A stretch of 64,000 bases of DNA, from positions 24,099 to 88,098 of the forward strand of contig JAZKFS010000001.1 in the NCBI GenBank assembly GCA_040386315.1. The letters are read 5' to 3'. The DNA is from Bacteroidota bacterium (GTDB lineage: Bacteria > Bacteroidota > Ignavibacteria > Kapaibacteriales > DASPKH01). The notes under the pieces are model-generated. The model made no database searches. It was not told where the DNA came from and worked only from the letters and a program-made list of their open reading frames with translations. Made by a program: the position numbers and the translations under genes. Positions 48,511-60,547 of this stretch are shown here, piece by piece; within the stretch, counting starts at the first letter, position 1, and every line of letters begins with the position of its first letter.

Positions 48511-51500
48511 ATGAAACAACTTTTACTTAGCCTCATACTTTTGCTTAGCGCAAATATTTTGCCTATACCAGCACAGCCAAACATGAAACTGGTCAGCACC
48601 AACCCAACCACCGGTGATGCGGACTCTCTATATTATGCTAAAACAAAGTATCGCCTGGTCGGACCCTTTCGTGGTGGCAGGAGTGCGGCAGTAACGGGAA
48701 GCTTTAAAAACAAAAACACTTTCTACTTTGGTGCTACCGGCGGCGGTGTTTGGAAGACAACCGACGGCGGTAGCAACTGGAAAAATATTTCTGATAAATA
48801 CTTTGGGGGTTCTATTGGTGCGGTAGCGGTAGCACCAAGCGATGAAGGAACCATATATGTAGGAGAAGGCGAGAACACACTTCGTGGAAATGTAGCCGAA
48901 GGCTTCGGCATCTGGCGCAGCGACGATGGTGGAAGAACCTGGCGGAATCTCGGTTTGAACGATACCCGGCACATCACACGCATTGTTATTCATCCACGGA
49001 ATCCGGACATTGTGTGGGTATCTGCTTTAGGTCATCTTTTTGGTCCTAATCGTGAAAGAGGTATTTATAAAACCATCGATGGCGGTAAGACATGGAAGAA
49101 TGTCTTGTTTGCAAATGATAAGGCCGGTGGTTTTGATCTTGTTATGGAGCCGGGTAATGTCTCTACATTTTATGCTACTACGTGGAATGTAAAAAGAACT
49201 GGTTATAGTTTAGAAAGCGGCGGCGAAGGCAGCGCATTATGGAAAAGCATAGATGGCGGCGAAACATGGAAGAACCTGATGGATAAGAAAGGGCTTCCAA
49301 AAAATGAAACGATCGGTATCATTGGTGTTACTGTTAGCGCTGTTAGTCCTGATCGTGTCTTTGCAATTATCGAAGCAAAAAATGGTGGACTGTTCCGAAG
49401 CGATGACGGCGGCGAAACATGGACGAAGACAAGTGAAGACGCAAACATCAGGCAGAGAGCATGGTACTTCAGCCGCATTTTTGCTGACCCTAAAAAAGAG
49501 AATACTGTTTATGCATTAAACGTAGGCATGTACAGGAGCAGCGATGGTGGTAAAACATTTCAGCCGATTGCTACACCACATGGCGATCACCATGATCTAT
49601 GGATTGATCCCGAAGATCCAAACAGGATGATTGTTGGTGATGATGGCGGAGCACAGGTAAGCTTTGATGCCGGTGCAAACTGGAGCACCATGGACAACCA
49701 ACCTACGGCACAATTCTATCGTGTGTCCGCCGATAATCATTTTCCTTATCGCATACTTGCTGCACAGCAGGACAATACAACCGTTCGAATCCTGAGCCGT
49801 TCCAACGGCCGCGGCATTACCGAAAGCGACTGGTCACCTACTGCAGGATTTGAAAGCGGCTATGTTGTGGCTGATCCAACTAATCCTGACATTGTCTATG
49901 GTGGTAATTATGGCGGCTATATCTCACGAATGGATCACCGGACCGGCGAAAACCGTTCCGTAAGCGTTTGGCCTGAAAGTCCTATTGGTTCGGGCGCCGA
50001 TGTTTTAAAATATCGTTTTCAATGGAATTTCCCCCTCTTCTTCTCGCCCCACAATCCAAAGCGCCTGTATGCGGCAGGTAATCATCTTTTCGTAACGGAA
50101 AACGAAGGGCAGAGCTGGCAGGAGATTAGTCCCGATCTTACTACGAATGATAAGAGCAAGCAGGGGCCGAGCGGTGGGCCAATTACGAATGACAATACAA
50201 GTGTAGAATATTACTGCACCATTTTTACTGCGGCGGAGTCTGCTTTGGAAAAAGACCTTCTCTGGGCAGGTAGTGATGATGGGTTGATACATGTAAGCCG
50301 GTATGCAGGCAAGAATTGGCAAAATGTAACTCCACCGGCCGCAGGCAAATTTATGATGTGGAACTGTGTGGAAACGGATCCTTTTAAAAAAGGAAGCGCG
50401 TACGTTGTCGGGACAAAGTACAAAAGCGATGATTTTACGCCATATATCTACAAGACAGAAGACTACGGAAAATCATGGCGCTTAATTACCAGCGGTATCA
50501 ATAGTATGCACTTTGCAAGGGCTATCAGGGCAGACAAAAAAGTGCCGGGCGTGTTATATGCAGGAACTGAATTTGGCATGTACATTAGCTATGACGACGG
50601 TGCCAACTGGAAGAGATTCCAGCTAAACCTTCCTGTTGTTTCTATTACTGATTTGTTGGTTAAAGAAAATGATCTTATCGTAGGTACACAGGGAAGATCA
50701 ATTTGGATACTTGACGACCTGACTTTTGTGCAACAAAGAAAACAGGCAACCACAGAAAAGAGAATGCAGATATTTCCCGTTAATGATGTGTATAGAACTG
50801 AAGGTATGCAGGACCTGAATGTAAAGAATGCCGGCTTCAATCCGATCAATGGAGTCGTTTTCAATTACTTTCTAAAAGATACTGTTAATGCGCCAAAGCA
50901 TTCGATTACCATTCTTGATAAAAAGGGGGCTGAAATAAGGACTTTCAGCAAAGATGCAAAAGACACGAGTAACAGGTTAGATTTTAATGAAGGTATGAAC
51001 CAGTTCATATGGGACATGACGTATGCTCGTGCCGATAAAATAGAAGGAATGATACTGTGGAACGGGTCTGTAGGTGCACCTAAAGCAGCACCGGGAATGT
51101 ATACCGCCCGTTTCCGGTATGCAAAAGATTCTATCGATATGCCATTTGTGATAAAGGCGGATCCTAACTATAAAATGACTGAAGCCGAATATGATGAACA
51201 GGTTGCTTTCCTACTAAAAATAAGAGACAAGTTCTCAGAAGTTCAAAAAGCAATCAAAAACATCCGGCTTATACGAACGCAATTAAACGACTTCATATCA
51301 AGAGCAGATAGTTCAGGTAAAGAACTAAAACCGCTTGCTGACAGCATCAACAAGAAGATGACAGCAGTCGAAGAGGCTTTATACCAGACAAAAGCAAAGA
51401 GCGGCCAGGACTTACTTAATTATCCAATCCGCCTCAATGATAAGATCTCCGGCATTTTCGATTATGCGTCAAGCGGTAATAATGCACCTAACCAGCAGGC

Positions 51501-51636
51501 AATAGAAAGCTTCAACTATCTAAGCGGCGAAGCTGACAAGCACCTCAATGTCCTGAAGCAGGTCATGGAGAACGAAATAAAACAGTTCAACCAGCTCATT
51601 TACCAAAAGCAGCTACCTGTCATCGGGGTGCAATGA
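48511..51636 (+). CDS. Secreted BNR/Asp-box repeat (sortilin/VPS10-like) protein
   Basis: A signal peptide is present. There are many SxDxGxTW Asp-box repeats (TTDGGSNW, SDDGGRTW, TIDGGKTW, SIDGGETW, SDDGGETW, SSDGGKTF, ...). Confidence 0.7.
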   Translation: MKQLLLSLILLLSANILPIPAQPNMKLVSTNPTTGDADSLYYAKTKYRLVGPFRGGRSAAVTGSFKNKNTFYFGATGGGVWKTTDGGSNWKNISDKYFGGSIGAVAVAPSDEGTIYVGEGENTLRGNVAEGFGIWRSDDGGRTWRNLGLNDTRHITRIVIHPRNPDIVWVSALGHLFGPNRERGIYKTIDGGKTWKNVLFANDKAGGFDLVMEPGNVSTFYATTWNVKRTGYSLESGGEGSALWKSIDGGETWKNLMDKKGLPKNETIGIIGVTVSAVSPDRVFAIIEAKNGGLFRSDDGGETWTKTSEDANIRQRAWYFSRIFADPKKENTVYALNVGMYRSSDGGKTFQPIATPHGDHHDLWIDPEDPNRMIVGDDGGAQVSFDAGANWSTMDNQPTAQFYRVSADNHFPYRILAAQQDNTTVRILSRSNGRGITESDWSPTAGFESGYVVADPTNPDIVYGGNYGGYISRMDHRTGENRSVSVWPESPIGSGADVLKYRFQWNFPLFFSPHNPKRLYAAGNHLFVTENEGQSWQEISPDLTTNDKSKQGPSGGPITNDNTSVEYYCTIFTAAESALEKDLLWAGSDDGLIHVSRYAGKNWQNVTPPAAGKFMMWNCVETDPFKKGSAYVVGTKYKSDDFTPYIYKTEDYGKSWRLITSGINSMHFARAIRADKKVPGVLYAGTEFGMYISYDDGANWKRFQLNLPVVSITDLLVKENDLIVGTQGRSIWILDDLTFVQQRKQATTEKRMQIFPVNDVYRTEGMQDLNVKNAGFNPINGVVFNYFLKDTVNAPKHSITILDKKGAEIRTFSKDAKDTSNRLDFNEGMNQFIWDMTYARADKIEGMILWNGSVGAPKAAPGMYTARFRYAKDSIDMPFVIKADPNYKMTEAEYDEQVAFLLKIRDKFSEVQKAIKNIRLIRTQLNDFISRADSSGKELKPLADSINKKMTAVEEALYQTKAKSGQDLLNYPIRLNDKISGIFDYASSGNNAPNQQAIESFNYLSGEADKHLNVLKQVMENEIKQFNQLIYQKQLPVIGVQ

Positions 51637-51773
51637 TGAAGATGCTAAAATACTGCGGCGCAATACTTCTTTGAGCGTTTCTGAAAATGAAATCAAACTG
51701 AATGTACAAGAGATATATAATTCCGGTGATGCCTTAGCTTCGAGTATTTACTAAACCAAATTATGCAGACCAA

Positions 51774-51806
51774 AGAGAACTCCTGGTTTTACAGGAGTTC
51801 TTTTCT
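51774..51806. terminator. Bidirectional terminator hairpin between the convergent BNR gene and pnkp
   Basis: aagagaactcctg-gttttac-caggagttctttt. Confidence 0.6.
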
Positions 51807-51815
51807 AATCTTCTG

Positions 51816-54368
51816 TTAGAGCCGCGGATCCACTGGCTCACTCTCTAATGCAAGTACTCCAAAGACACACTCATGGACTCGCCGTAATGGTTCTTTTAAA
51901 ACAAATCTTTCCATTGCCTCCACACCCAACGCAAATTCCCGCAAAGCAAGCGAGCACTTACCAGAAAGGCCTCGAGAGCGCAACCGTTCGAGATTTTTAG
52001 GGAAATCATATTCAGGCCCATAAATAATCCTCAAATACTCTCTCCCGCGACACTTTACAGCTGGCTGAATTAGGCCTCGTTTTCCTCGTGCTATAAAATC
52101 CAGAGGTTTGACGACAGCTCCCTCGCCTCCTGCATTCGTCATAGATTCCCACCACATGATTGCATCAGCAACGGTTTCTTCTTTTTCAAAATCCACAATT
52201 TTAAAAGCAGTTTTAAAAAAGAATTCCGCGTCTGTTGAGCACAATTGCGCGATAGTCTCCATGTGCCAGAGGTGGTTTTTGTCCGTGTGAACAGTGCCTT
52301 CCGTTGCCAGAATGTGAAATGGCGCAAGTCTTATCCCTTTTAAAGAATCCACAGGCCAGCAGTAATTGCGATAGGATTTTGTGTAATCCTCCACAGCTTC
52401 CTGTCTGTTTTTAAAATGTGCTGAAAGCTCGCCAACGTCCAGCCCGTTTTCCAACGCCGTTTTTAAAACGCTGTTTGCAGCTTCGAGCGAATGTTTTGCG
52501 GCAGCACCGACGGTGGCATACTGCGTTTTTAAAAGCTCCTGCGCTTTGGCTGACCACGGCAGAAGCTCGCAGTCGAGGCAAATCCAGTCTGTTTTTAAAA
52601 CGTCCCACAGCCCGGACGTTTCCATTCCGTCAGTAACCTTTTTTAAAAACTCCTTTTCAAGATTTTTCTCGGTAAAAAACGGCCTTCCAGTCCGAGTATA
52701 GCATACTCCAATTTCATCTCCATTAATACCAAATCGTTTTTTAGCGGAGGCATTATCACGACATACGATCACAACAGCACGAGAACCCATATGTTTTTCC
52801 TCGCATATCACTGAAGGTACTCCCTCTTTCCGATAATAGGCAAGTGCTTCCTCAATATGCTCAAGATAATCCTCTCGCTTACTGGTTTCACTCGGTGACA
52901 TTGTTGGTGGAAGATACATGAGCCATTTGGGATTCACTGCAAAACGACTCATAAGCTCAAGAGCTGCAATAGAATTTTCTTCCCTGATCGTAACTGTATG
53001 ATGCAGTTTCGTGGGAATAATTCGTTTTCCTGAGATGTCGGACAAATCCAGAATGTCGTCTGCCTCAAAGGGAGTCGTTCCTGCTTGCAGCTGGTCATAC
53101 CCAATCGGTTTTGATGGTATGGCATATTGATTTTTAGCCTGAACATGAACAATTTCACGCTCAGGGTACCGAAGCGCGGAAAGCTTTCCGCCGAACACAC
53201 ATCCAGTATCAATATTCATCGTATTGTTGAGCCACACAGCTTCAGGGACTGGAGTATGTCCATAGACTACCATCGACTTTCCACGATATTCCGCTGCCCA
53301 GTTCAACCGTACTGGAAGCCCAAATTCATCCGTTTCTCCTGTCGTTTCGCCAAAAAGAGCAAAATCACGAACCTTCGCTGAGCCTCTTCCCTGCAATTCC
53401 TCTTTTATTCCTGCATGAGCTACAACGAGTTTTTCATTATCGAGGACATAATGACTAATAAGCCCATCAATGAACTTTGCAACCCTCTCAGAAAATTCTT
53501 TTGGCCGTTGCTCAAGCTGCTCCAAAGATTCAGCCAGTCCATGGGCAATCTTGACATTCCGCCCTGTTAGTTTTTTCATGAGCTTAATATCATGGTTACC
53601 TGGCACGCACAAAGCTATGCCAGACGAGACTGAGTTCATAACCAGTTCCAGGACTTCCGGTGTTTTCGGTCCACGATCTACAAGGTCACCCAGGAAGATG
53701 ATTTTCCTGCCGTGTGTCGCTGTAATATCCGGTCCGTTATCAGTATCTATGACCTTGTAATCAAGCTTCGTCAGTAATTCCACCAATTCATCATAGCAGC
53801 CATGAATATCACCGATAATATCAAACGGGCCATGTTCGTGTGAACGATTATTCCATAGAGGTTTTCGGGTGATTTGCACTTTTTCTACGGCTTCCTGTGA
53901 ATCCAGAACATACGTAAAGCGAAAACCCTCCCGCTTTAAAGCTTTAAGTGAACGTCTCAGTTGATGGCGCTGCTGCGGTATAACATGAGAGCCAAAATTC
54001 CTGTCAGAACGCATCGCGTTTCTATCTAGACATACTCTTTCCGGCATATCAAGCACAATTGCTACCAGATGGCAATGATATTGCTGAGCAAGCATAAGCC
54101 ATGATTTTCTGGCTTCCGGCTGCACATTTGTTGCATCAATGACCGTCAGGCGTTTAGCAGAAAGACGCTTTGCAGTTATATACTGCAATACATCAAAAGC
54201 GTCCTTTGTAGCCGCCTGATTATTTTCATCATCCGACACCAGCCCCCGGCAATAGTCCGATGACAGGATTTCAGTCGGTAAGAAATGCTTCCTTGCAAAT
54301 GTTGATTTTCCTGACCCTGAAGCTCCCATAAGCACCACAAGGCAAAATTCCGGTAATTCTATGTTCAT
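51816..54368 (-). CDS. pnkp: Polynucleotide kinase-phosphatase Pnkp (RNA repair): 5'-kinase - metallophosphoesterase - C-terminal adenylyltransferase/ligase-like domain
   Basis: The P-loop is VVLMGASGSGKST. The calcineurin-type phosphatase motifs are GDIHGC, GDLVDRG and GNHD. The C-terminal nucleotidyltransferase motif is I-like (EEKHMGSR, KxxGxR). The protein is 850 aa, and its start overlaps the hen1 stop by 1 nt. Confidence 0.85.
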   Translation of the reverse strand: MNIELPEFCLVVLMGASGSGKSTFARKHFLPTEILSSDYCRGLVSDDENNQAATKDAFDVLQYITAKRLSAKRLTVIDATNVQPEARKSWLMLAQQYHCHLVAIVLDMPERVCLDRNAMRSDRNFGSHVIPQQRHQLRRSLKALKREGFRFTYVLDSQEAVEKVQITRKPLWNNRSHEHGPFDIIGDIHGCYDELVELLTKLDYKVIDTDNGPDITATHGRKIIFLGDLVDRGPKTPEVLELVMNSVSSGIALCVPGNHDIKLMKKLTGRNVKIAHGLAESLEQLEQRPKEFSERVAKFIDGLISHYVLDNEKLVVAHAGIKEELQGRGSAKVRDFALFGETTGETDEFGLPVRLNWAAEYRGKSMVVYGHTPVPEAVWLNNTMNIDTGCVFGGKLSALRYPEREIVHVQAKNQYAIPSKPIGYDQLQAGTTPFEADDILDLSDISGKRIIPTKLHHTVTIREENSIAALELMSRFAVNPKWLMYLPPTMSPSETSKREDYLEHIEEALAYYRKEGVPSVICEEKHMGSRAVVIVCRDNASAKKRFGINGDEIGVCYTRTGRPFFTEKNLEKEFLKKVTDGMETSGLWDVLKTDWICLDCELLPWSAKAQELLKTQYATVGAAAKHSLEAANSVLKTALENGLDVGELSAHFKNRQEAVEDYTKSYRNYCWPVDSLKGIRLAPFHILATEGTVHTDKNHLWHMETIAQLCSTDAEFFFKTAFKIVDFEKEETVADAIMWWESMTNAGGEGAVVKPLDFIARGKRGLIQPAVKCRGREYLRIIYGPEYDFPKNLERLRSRGLSGKCSLALREFALGVEAMERFVLKEPLRRVHECVFGVLALESEPVDPRL

Positions 54369-55765
54369 TAATGTATTCTCCTTTTAAAAACAGCCATTTG
54401 TGTCGGCGAGCCCAAATCCTCATTCACTTCACCAACCGTGAAAAAGTCTGCTTCGTAGCCGTATTTCGCTCCAACCTGATGAGCCCACGCCTGAAACTGC
54501 TGACGCGTCCATTCAAACCGGTGATCCTTATGCCTGAATTTTCCTGCCGGCAACGTTTCAAAAAGTGCATTATACTCTGCATTTGGAGTCGTAACAATCA
54601 CTATTCCAGGTTTTGAAAATCCGAATACATTGCGCTCAAGAGCCGTTAATCTATCTTCATCTAAATGTTCAATTACTTCAATGATTGTCGCAACATCATA
54701 GCCCTCAAGACGCTTGTCACGATAGACAAGAGACGAGTGCAGAAGCTGTATGCGCTGTCGCTGTTTCTCCGGCAGCATATCTAATCTCAAGCGTTTTGTA
54801 GCAATCTCCAGCGTCCGGTAGGAAACGTCCATTCCTACGATCTCAGTAAATTGTTTATCACCTAGAAGCATTTTTAAAAGATTGCCTTCTCCACAGCCAA
54901 GATCCAAGACTCGAGATGCTCCGGTGCCTTTTACTTGTTCAAATACACTCTGCATCCGTATATCATTGAGCCGTAGCTTTTTCTCTACCTGTTCTTCTTC
55001 CTGTGCATGCTCTTCTTCCTTTTCAGCAATCACCGATTCATCAGGTATTAATCTTTGTAGTGCCTCATTTGCCAGAGCTGCCCTATGTTTCAGATAACGT
55101 TTTGTGATGAGTTCCTTTTCAGGATGTGACGCTAGCCAGCCATCTCCTTTGCGGAGGAGTTTTTCCAACTCACCCGTATCTACCCAGTAATGCTTTTCAT
55201 CATCCAGTACTGGGATAAGTACATAAAGATGATTAAGCATATCCTGAACTCTACACACGCCCCAAATTTGAACATCGAAATACCGGCTGTCACCCCACTC
55301 GGGAAATTTCTCATCCAGGGTGAGGCGTTGAGCCTTTACAGTATAACCAAGTGGTTCAAAGAGATTTTTCAGTACAGTCTCGCCACCCCTGCATGGTAGA
55401 ACCGGTATAGCTACAGTAAGTGGAATCGCTGTTTCAGCAAGCTCCTGCCTGTCCTTGCTTCTGCCGCCCATCGCCGTTCCGAAAACCTGCGCCAGCGCCA
55501 CGCTTAAAAACGACGATGCTGCATACGGCCTGTCATTCACATATTGTTGGAGTGCAAATGCCTGCTCGGATTTTTTCCGCACAAGCCCCACCGGGTCAAC
55601 ATCTATGAGTAACGCCGCTGTGCACCTCTTCTCCGTAGCTTCAGGATAGAAAATATGCGCCTGACCAAAGCTCAAATTTGTTGTTTGAACCCGTGCGGGA
55701 TTTTTATGAAGCAAAAAACCCAGGTCTGTTGCGGGCTGATGCGTTGTTGTTATTGTAAGAAGCAT
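54368..55765 (-). CDS. hen1: 3'-terminal RNA ribose 2'-O-methyltransferase Hen1 (bacterial)
   Basis: The protein is 465 aa with the N-terminus MLLTITTTHQPATDLGFLLHKNP. The C-terminal SAM-MTase motif is VLDLGCGEGNLLKML. It is translationally coupled to pnkp. Confidence 0.8.
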   Translation of the reverse strand: MLLTITTTHQPATDLGFLLHKNPARVQTTNLSFGQAHIFYPEATEKRCTAALLIDVDPVGLVRKKSEQAFALQQYVNDRPYAASSFLSVALAQVFGTAMGGRSKDRQELAETAIPLTVAIPVLPCRGGETVLKNLFEPLGYTVKAQRLTLDEKFPEWGDSRYFDVQIWGVCRVQDMLNHLYVLIPVLDDEKHYWVDTGELEKLLRKGDGWLASHPEKELITKRYLKHRAALANEALQRLIPDESVIAEKEEEHAQEEEQVEKKLRLNDIRMQSVFEQVKGTGASRVLDLGCGEGNLLKMLLGDKQFTEIVGMDVSYRTLEIATKRLRLDMLPEKQRQRIQLLHSSLVYRDKRLEGYDVATIIEVIEHLDEDRLTALERNVFGFSKPGIVIVTTPNAEYNALFETLPAGKFRHKDHRFEWTRQQFQAWAHQVGAKYGYEADFFTVGEVNEDLGSPTQMAVFKRRIH

Positions 55766-55809
55766 ATGTGATTCAGCTTTTAAAAAGCGTTTTTATGTTT
55801 TTAAAAAAT

Positions 55810-57186
<1,377 letters not shown>

Positions 57187-57198
57187 TTAAAAGTAATT

Positions 57199-58143
57199 TT
57201 ACAAATCCAGCACTTGAAATTCCGAAATCCTAAATTCCTTTCTTTTTACAAGTTTTGGTTCTTTTAAAAGAAATTCCGGCTTTTCCTTCGTGCTTTTAAA
57301 ACAAAACCTGCGCGGCAAATCTGTATAAATTGAGCGAGGCGGCTTTTTATAACTAATGTCTTTTAAACGATTCCCGCTTTCATATTCATGGTAAAAAATC
57401 CTGCGGATTCCCATTTCCTCGCGGATAAACCACAGCGCAGCGGCCAGCATCGCCTCATCCCAAATCTTCACATGCGGTTTTAAAACGTCTTCTACATACG
57501 TGTGCAGATTTCCCGAATTTACACGATTGCGATGTGTCAGCTGACGCACACGAACACGATTATCGTCGAGTGATTCCACCACTTCCACCGTTGTGCTTCT
57601 ACGCAGTGCCACACGAATCCAGTCATTTTGGATTTCCTCTATCAACGCCTCGCCCGTCGTCAGGTCGAGGTCAATCCGTGCCCACGCCATCGTGCGCCGT
57701 TCACCACCTGCAATCGGATGGCATGAATATTCAAACGGATGGTAATCTTTCGGCTTTATCATCGAAGTATAAGCGCGATTGTGTCCGGCATTGAAATTCA
57801 TTTGCAGAACGATATTCAATCCCGCGCGCGTTTTTTGAGCACCCCATTGTAAGCCGCGTCCCCATTGACCAACTGTCAACGTGTACGATTCAAAGCTCTC
57901 CGGCCACTTCATTTCAAAAAGCTCTGGATAAAGCATTCCGTCCGGTGCCAAAGCAATCAGCTCCCGAACGTCTTTCTTCTCCAGCAAACCTTTAAAAGGC
58001 GTGGCCTTAATATCGCGCACATGTTTGCGCTCTTTCGTCAGATATTGCAAAATCTGGCGCGCGTATTTATCCCGAAAATAATAGAATACCGTCCGCCCCG
58101 GCGTCAGGCACTCGATAATTTCCCTGTATTCTTTTTCTGTCAT
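57199..58143 (-). CDS. Hypothetical protein (314 aa) embedded in the RNA-repair cluster
   Basis: The ORF is uninterrupted and co-oriented with the cluster, 25 bp upstream of the rtcB-like gene. No motif was recognised. Confidence 0.4.
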   Translation of the reverse strand: MTEKEYREIIECLTPGRTVFYYFRDKYARQILQYLTKERKHVRDIKATPFKGLLEKKDVRELIALAPDGMLYPELFEMKWPESFESYTLTVGQWGRGLQWGAQKTRAGLNIVLQMNFNAGHNRAYTSMIKPKDYHPFEYSCHPIAGGERRTMAWARIDLDLTTGEALIEEIQNDWIRVALRRSTTVEVVESLDDNRVRVRQLTHRNRVNSGNLHTYVEDVLKPHVKIWDEAMLAAALWFIREEMGIRRIFYHEYESGNRLKDISYKKPPRSIYTDLPRRFCFKSTKEKPEFLLKEPKLVKRKEFRISEFQVLDL

Positions 58144-58542
58144 AAAAATAGATTATTCTGTCGTTTTTAAAAGTTATTTTTTTCACATTTCCGCAGCTAA
58201 TCCGCGGTTTTAAAAGTTTGTTTGTCCCGCTACCGGGCAGATAATTTTGTCTTAGAATTGTCATTGGATGTTTCCTCCGTTTTGGATTTTTAAAAGAAAA
58301 ACCCGCTCCTGCACGAAGCAAAAGCGGGTTTTAAAAGTTGAAAATTTTAAAAACACTACCTTCGCTTCAGACACAATACACCACGCCCATCCCGCTTTTG
58401 CAGCAGATTTATCGCGTGGCTATATTGTTCAATAAAGGAGCGCATTGTTTTTAAAAGTAATTGCTTATAAAAAAAGTAATAATTCATTGTACCTGCCGAA
58501 AACAGGTTTCCCGCAGGTACAATTTTTAAAAGCCTAGCGAAC

Positions 58543-59976
58543 TCAGTTTTTAAAAGAAACCGAGCTAATTTTCTCAATCATCGAAGCTTTATCTGTTTCC
58601 ATCAGCTTCATGATGTCGAAAATTTTATCTGAAAATCCGGCCGTGCAGAATACTTTGTTTTGAGGCAATTGCAGTGTTCCATAGCCTTGCAGATCAAATG
58701 AATAGACAAACGGGTCAGCGCCAGTACGGCGTTTGTACGCTGTGAATTCGTTTGCCGGAGTGTCATTGCCAATCCAGCCCTGCATGTCTGACAAGATGAT
58801 GATGCGGTCGTATTTTCTTTTCGCCTTTTGAAAGATCGCGTGGAAGTTTGTACCTCCCATCGCAAATTTTATCGAACGCGCAATCGTTATTGTGCTGTCG
58901 CCAATATTCACGTTTTTGTAGGCCGCATCATCGGAAAATGTCATAAAATCAGCATTGTTGGATTTCACCAGGATTGCCGAAAACAGCGAACCGATTTCAG
59001 CCGGTTTTCCCGCCATCGAACCCGAAACATCCAGTACAACAAGCGTTTCGCCATCGAACTTCGGAACGTTATTCAGTGAAATGTCAACCGCCGTATTCAG
59101 CGCTTGCAGCACCTCGCGAACAACTTTCCCGCTGTCCATTTTTAAAACTTCCTCGTACGCCGTTGTAAAGCGGAACGGCAGAACAAGTGATTTTTTAATC
59201 AGGCGCTCGTTCGTCAGCATTTCCAGAGCTTCGCCGATGACGTCAGGTGCCTGCGTAATGATATTGCGCAAGTTTCGCAAAAGTGCAAAGTAGCCGATTT
59301 TTCGCGAGCGAATCAGCTCCGTCCACGCTTCGTTTTTAAAAACGGCTTTTTGCTCGTCGTTTTCAGCTGTTTGTCCGGTTTTTGTCAGCGCGGATTCCCA
59401 TGTACCTGTTGAGCGAAGTTCATCTTTAATCAATGCCGAAATTGCTTCAGCATTTTTCTCAACCGGCACCGGGTGAACCAGATTCACAACATCTACAAGT
59501 TTAAAATCTTTAGATGCCGCACGGTATTTACCCAGCTGGTAGCTATCGAAACGTTCGAATGCTTTTGCAAAACCTTTTTTCATTGAGTTCGGCACTTTAC
59601 CGTTCGTCGCTGTGTGGTATGCCAGGATTTCCATCATGTCATCCGGACGGAATACAACCGCGCTGTAAAAATCCTTCGCCCACACCTGTCCGCCGATGTG
59701 CTTTGCCAGCTCTGAAGCGACCACATGCGAAATCGTACGCATACCAAATTCCGTTCGCGCAAAAATGGCTGCCTTCGCGACGAACTCCTTGTCGCAGAGT
59801 GCGATGAGATTTTTCAATCGCTCTAAGCCGTCATGCTGGCTTCTGTAAAACTGGTCTTTCACGAACGACGTGACCAGCATCGAAACCAGTTCGAGTTCAG
59901 GCGACTGCTTGTACGCATCACCGCCCGCGAAGTTTTTGACTTTTGCCAAAGCTGTTGAAAAATTAAATCGTGCCAT
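58543..59976 (-). CDS. rsr: Ro60-related protein Rsr (TROVE domain + C-terminal vWA domain)
   Basis: It has a TROVE-like N-terminal region and a C-terminal vWA domain with the MIDAS motif LVVLDVSGSM. It sits immediately downstream of the tRNA-like ncRNA array. Two terminator hairpins follow the gene (58488-58525, 58290-58330). Confidence 0.65.
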   Translation of the reverse strand: MARFNFSTALAKVKNFAGGDAYKQSPELELVSMLVTSFVKDQFYRSQHDGLERLKNLIALCDKEFVAKAAIFARTEFGMRTISHVVASELAKHIGGQVWAKDFYSAVVFRPDDMMEILAYHTATNGKVPNSMKKGFAKAFERFDSYQLGKYRAASKDFKLVDVVNLVHPVPVEKNAEAISALIKDELRSTGTWESALTKTGQTAENDEQKAVFKNEAWTELIRSRKIGYFALLRNLRNIITQAPDVIGEALEMLTNERLIKKSLVLPFRFTTAYEEVLKMDSGKVVREVLQALNTAVDISLNNVPKFDGETLVVLDVSGSMAGKPAEIGSLFSAILVKSNNADFMTFSDDAAYKNVNIGDSTITIARSIKFAMGGTNFHAIFQKAKRKYDRIIILSDMQGWIGNDTPANEFTAYKRRTGADPFVYSFDLQGYGTLQLPQNKVFCTAGFSDKIFDIMKLMETDKASMIEKISSVSFKN

Positions 59977-60037
59977 TATGCACCTCCTCTAAAAAATATG
60001 GAAACATGGCTTTTTAAAAAGCCGGGGAATCAAAAAA

Positions 60038-60112
60038 ACGGCAGAGAAAACTGCGGGAGTTCTACTGGGCGATTTAGCAAATCGAAGTAACTCAAAGCCG
60101 CATCACTACTGC
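60038..60112 (-). ncRNA. Y-RNA-like repeat unit A (short form, lacks a tRNA-like module)
   Basis: It shares the unit ends (GGCAGAGAAAA ... CACTACTGC) and the internal CGAAGTAACTC motif with units C-F. Confidence 0.35.
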
Positions 60113-60138
60113 TTTTAAAAAGACAATTTTAAAAATAA

Positions 60139-60222
60139 GAGGCAGAGAAAATTCGCGTGGAATTTAGGGCGAATTAAAAGTTCGCTGCTTTAAAGCGATG
60201 TATTCCGCGTGTCGCTACTGCC
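60139..60222 (-). ncRNA. Y-RNA-like repeat unit B (short form)
   Basis: It has the same terminal motifs (GAGGCAGAGAAA ... CGCTACTGCC) with complementary ends. Confidence 0.35.
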
Positions 60223-60235
60223 TTTTTAAAATAAA

Positions 60236-60362
60236 TGACGGAGAAAATGGGGTAAGGCTGTGCTTTACCAATTTAGCTACCAACGGAGTTTTAAAACCCC
60301 GATGGACTGGACTCGAACCAGCAATGACTTACGTCGAAGTAACTCACCTTTCACTACCGTCA
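60236..60362 (-). ncRNA. Y-RNA-like (YrlA-type, tRNA-mimic) unit C
   Basis: The minus strand reads GACGGTAG..GAGTTACTTCG..CTGGTTCGAGTCCAG-TCCATCGG..CCGTTGG-TA-GCTAAATTGGTAAAGC..CTCCGTCA. That is T-arm, then 3' acceptor strand, then a short linker, then 5' acceptor strand plus D-arm. The acceptor strands are complementary (6/7), and the unit ends pair (GACGG/CCGTC). Confidence 0.45.
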
Positions 60363-60392
60363 AACTTTTAAAAATGAAAGAACAAAAAATAA

Positions 60393-60532
60393 AGAGGCAG
60401 AGAAAGTTTATGTAGGACTTTTTCGTTGCTCTACCAACTGAGCTATATTCAGAATTTTAAAATCTGAACAGCCGGACTCGAACCGGCGACCCACGGCACC
60501 CTAAGCGAAGTAACCCACATATCGCTACTGCC
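60393..60532 (-). ncRNA. Y-RNA-like (tRNA-mimic) unit D
   Basis: The T-arm is GCCGGTTCGAGTCCGGC. The 3' acceptor strand TGTTCAG pairs with the downstream CTGAATA, which is followed by TA-GCTCAGTTGGTAGAGC (D-arm). Confidence 0.45.
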
Positions 60533-60547
60533 TTTAAAAAAACAAAA

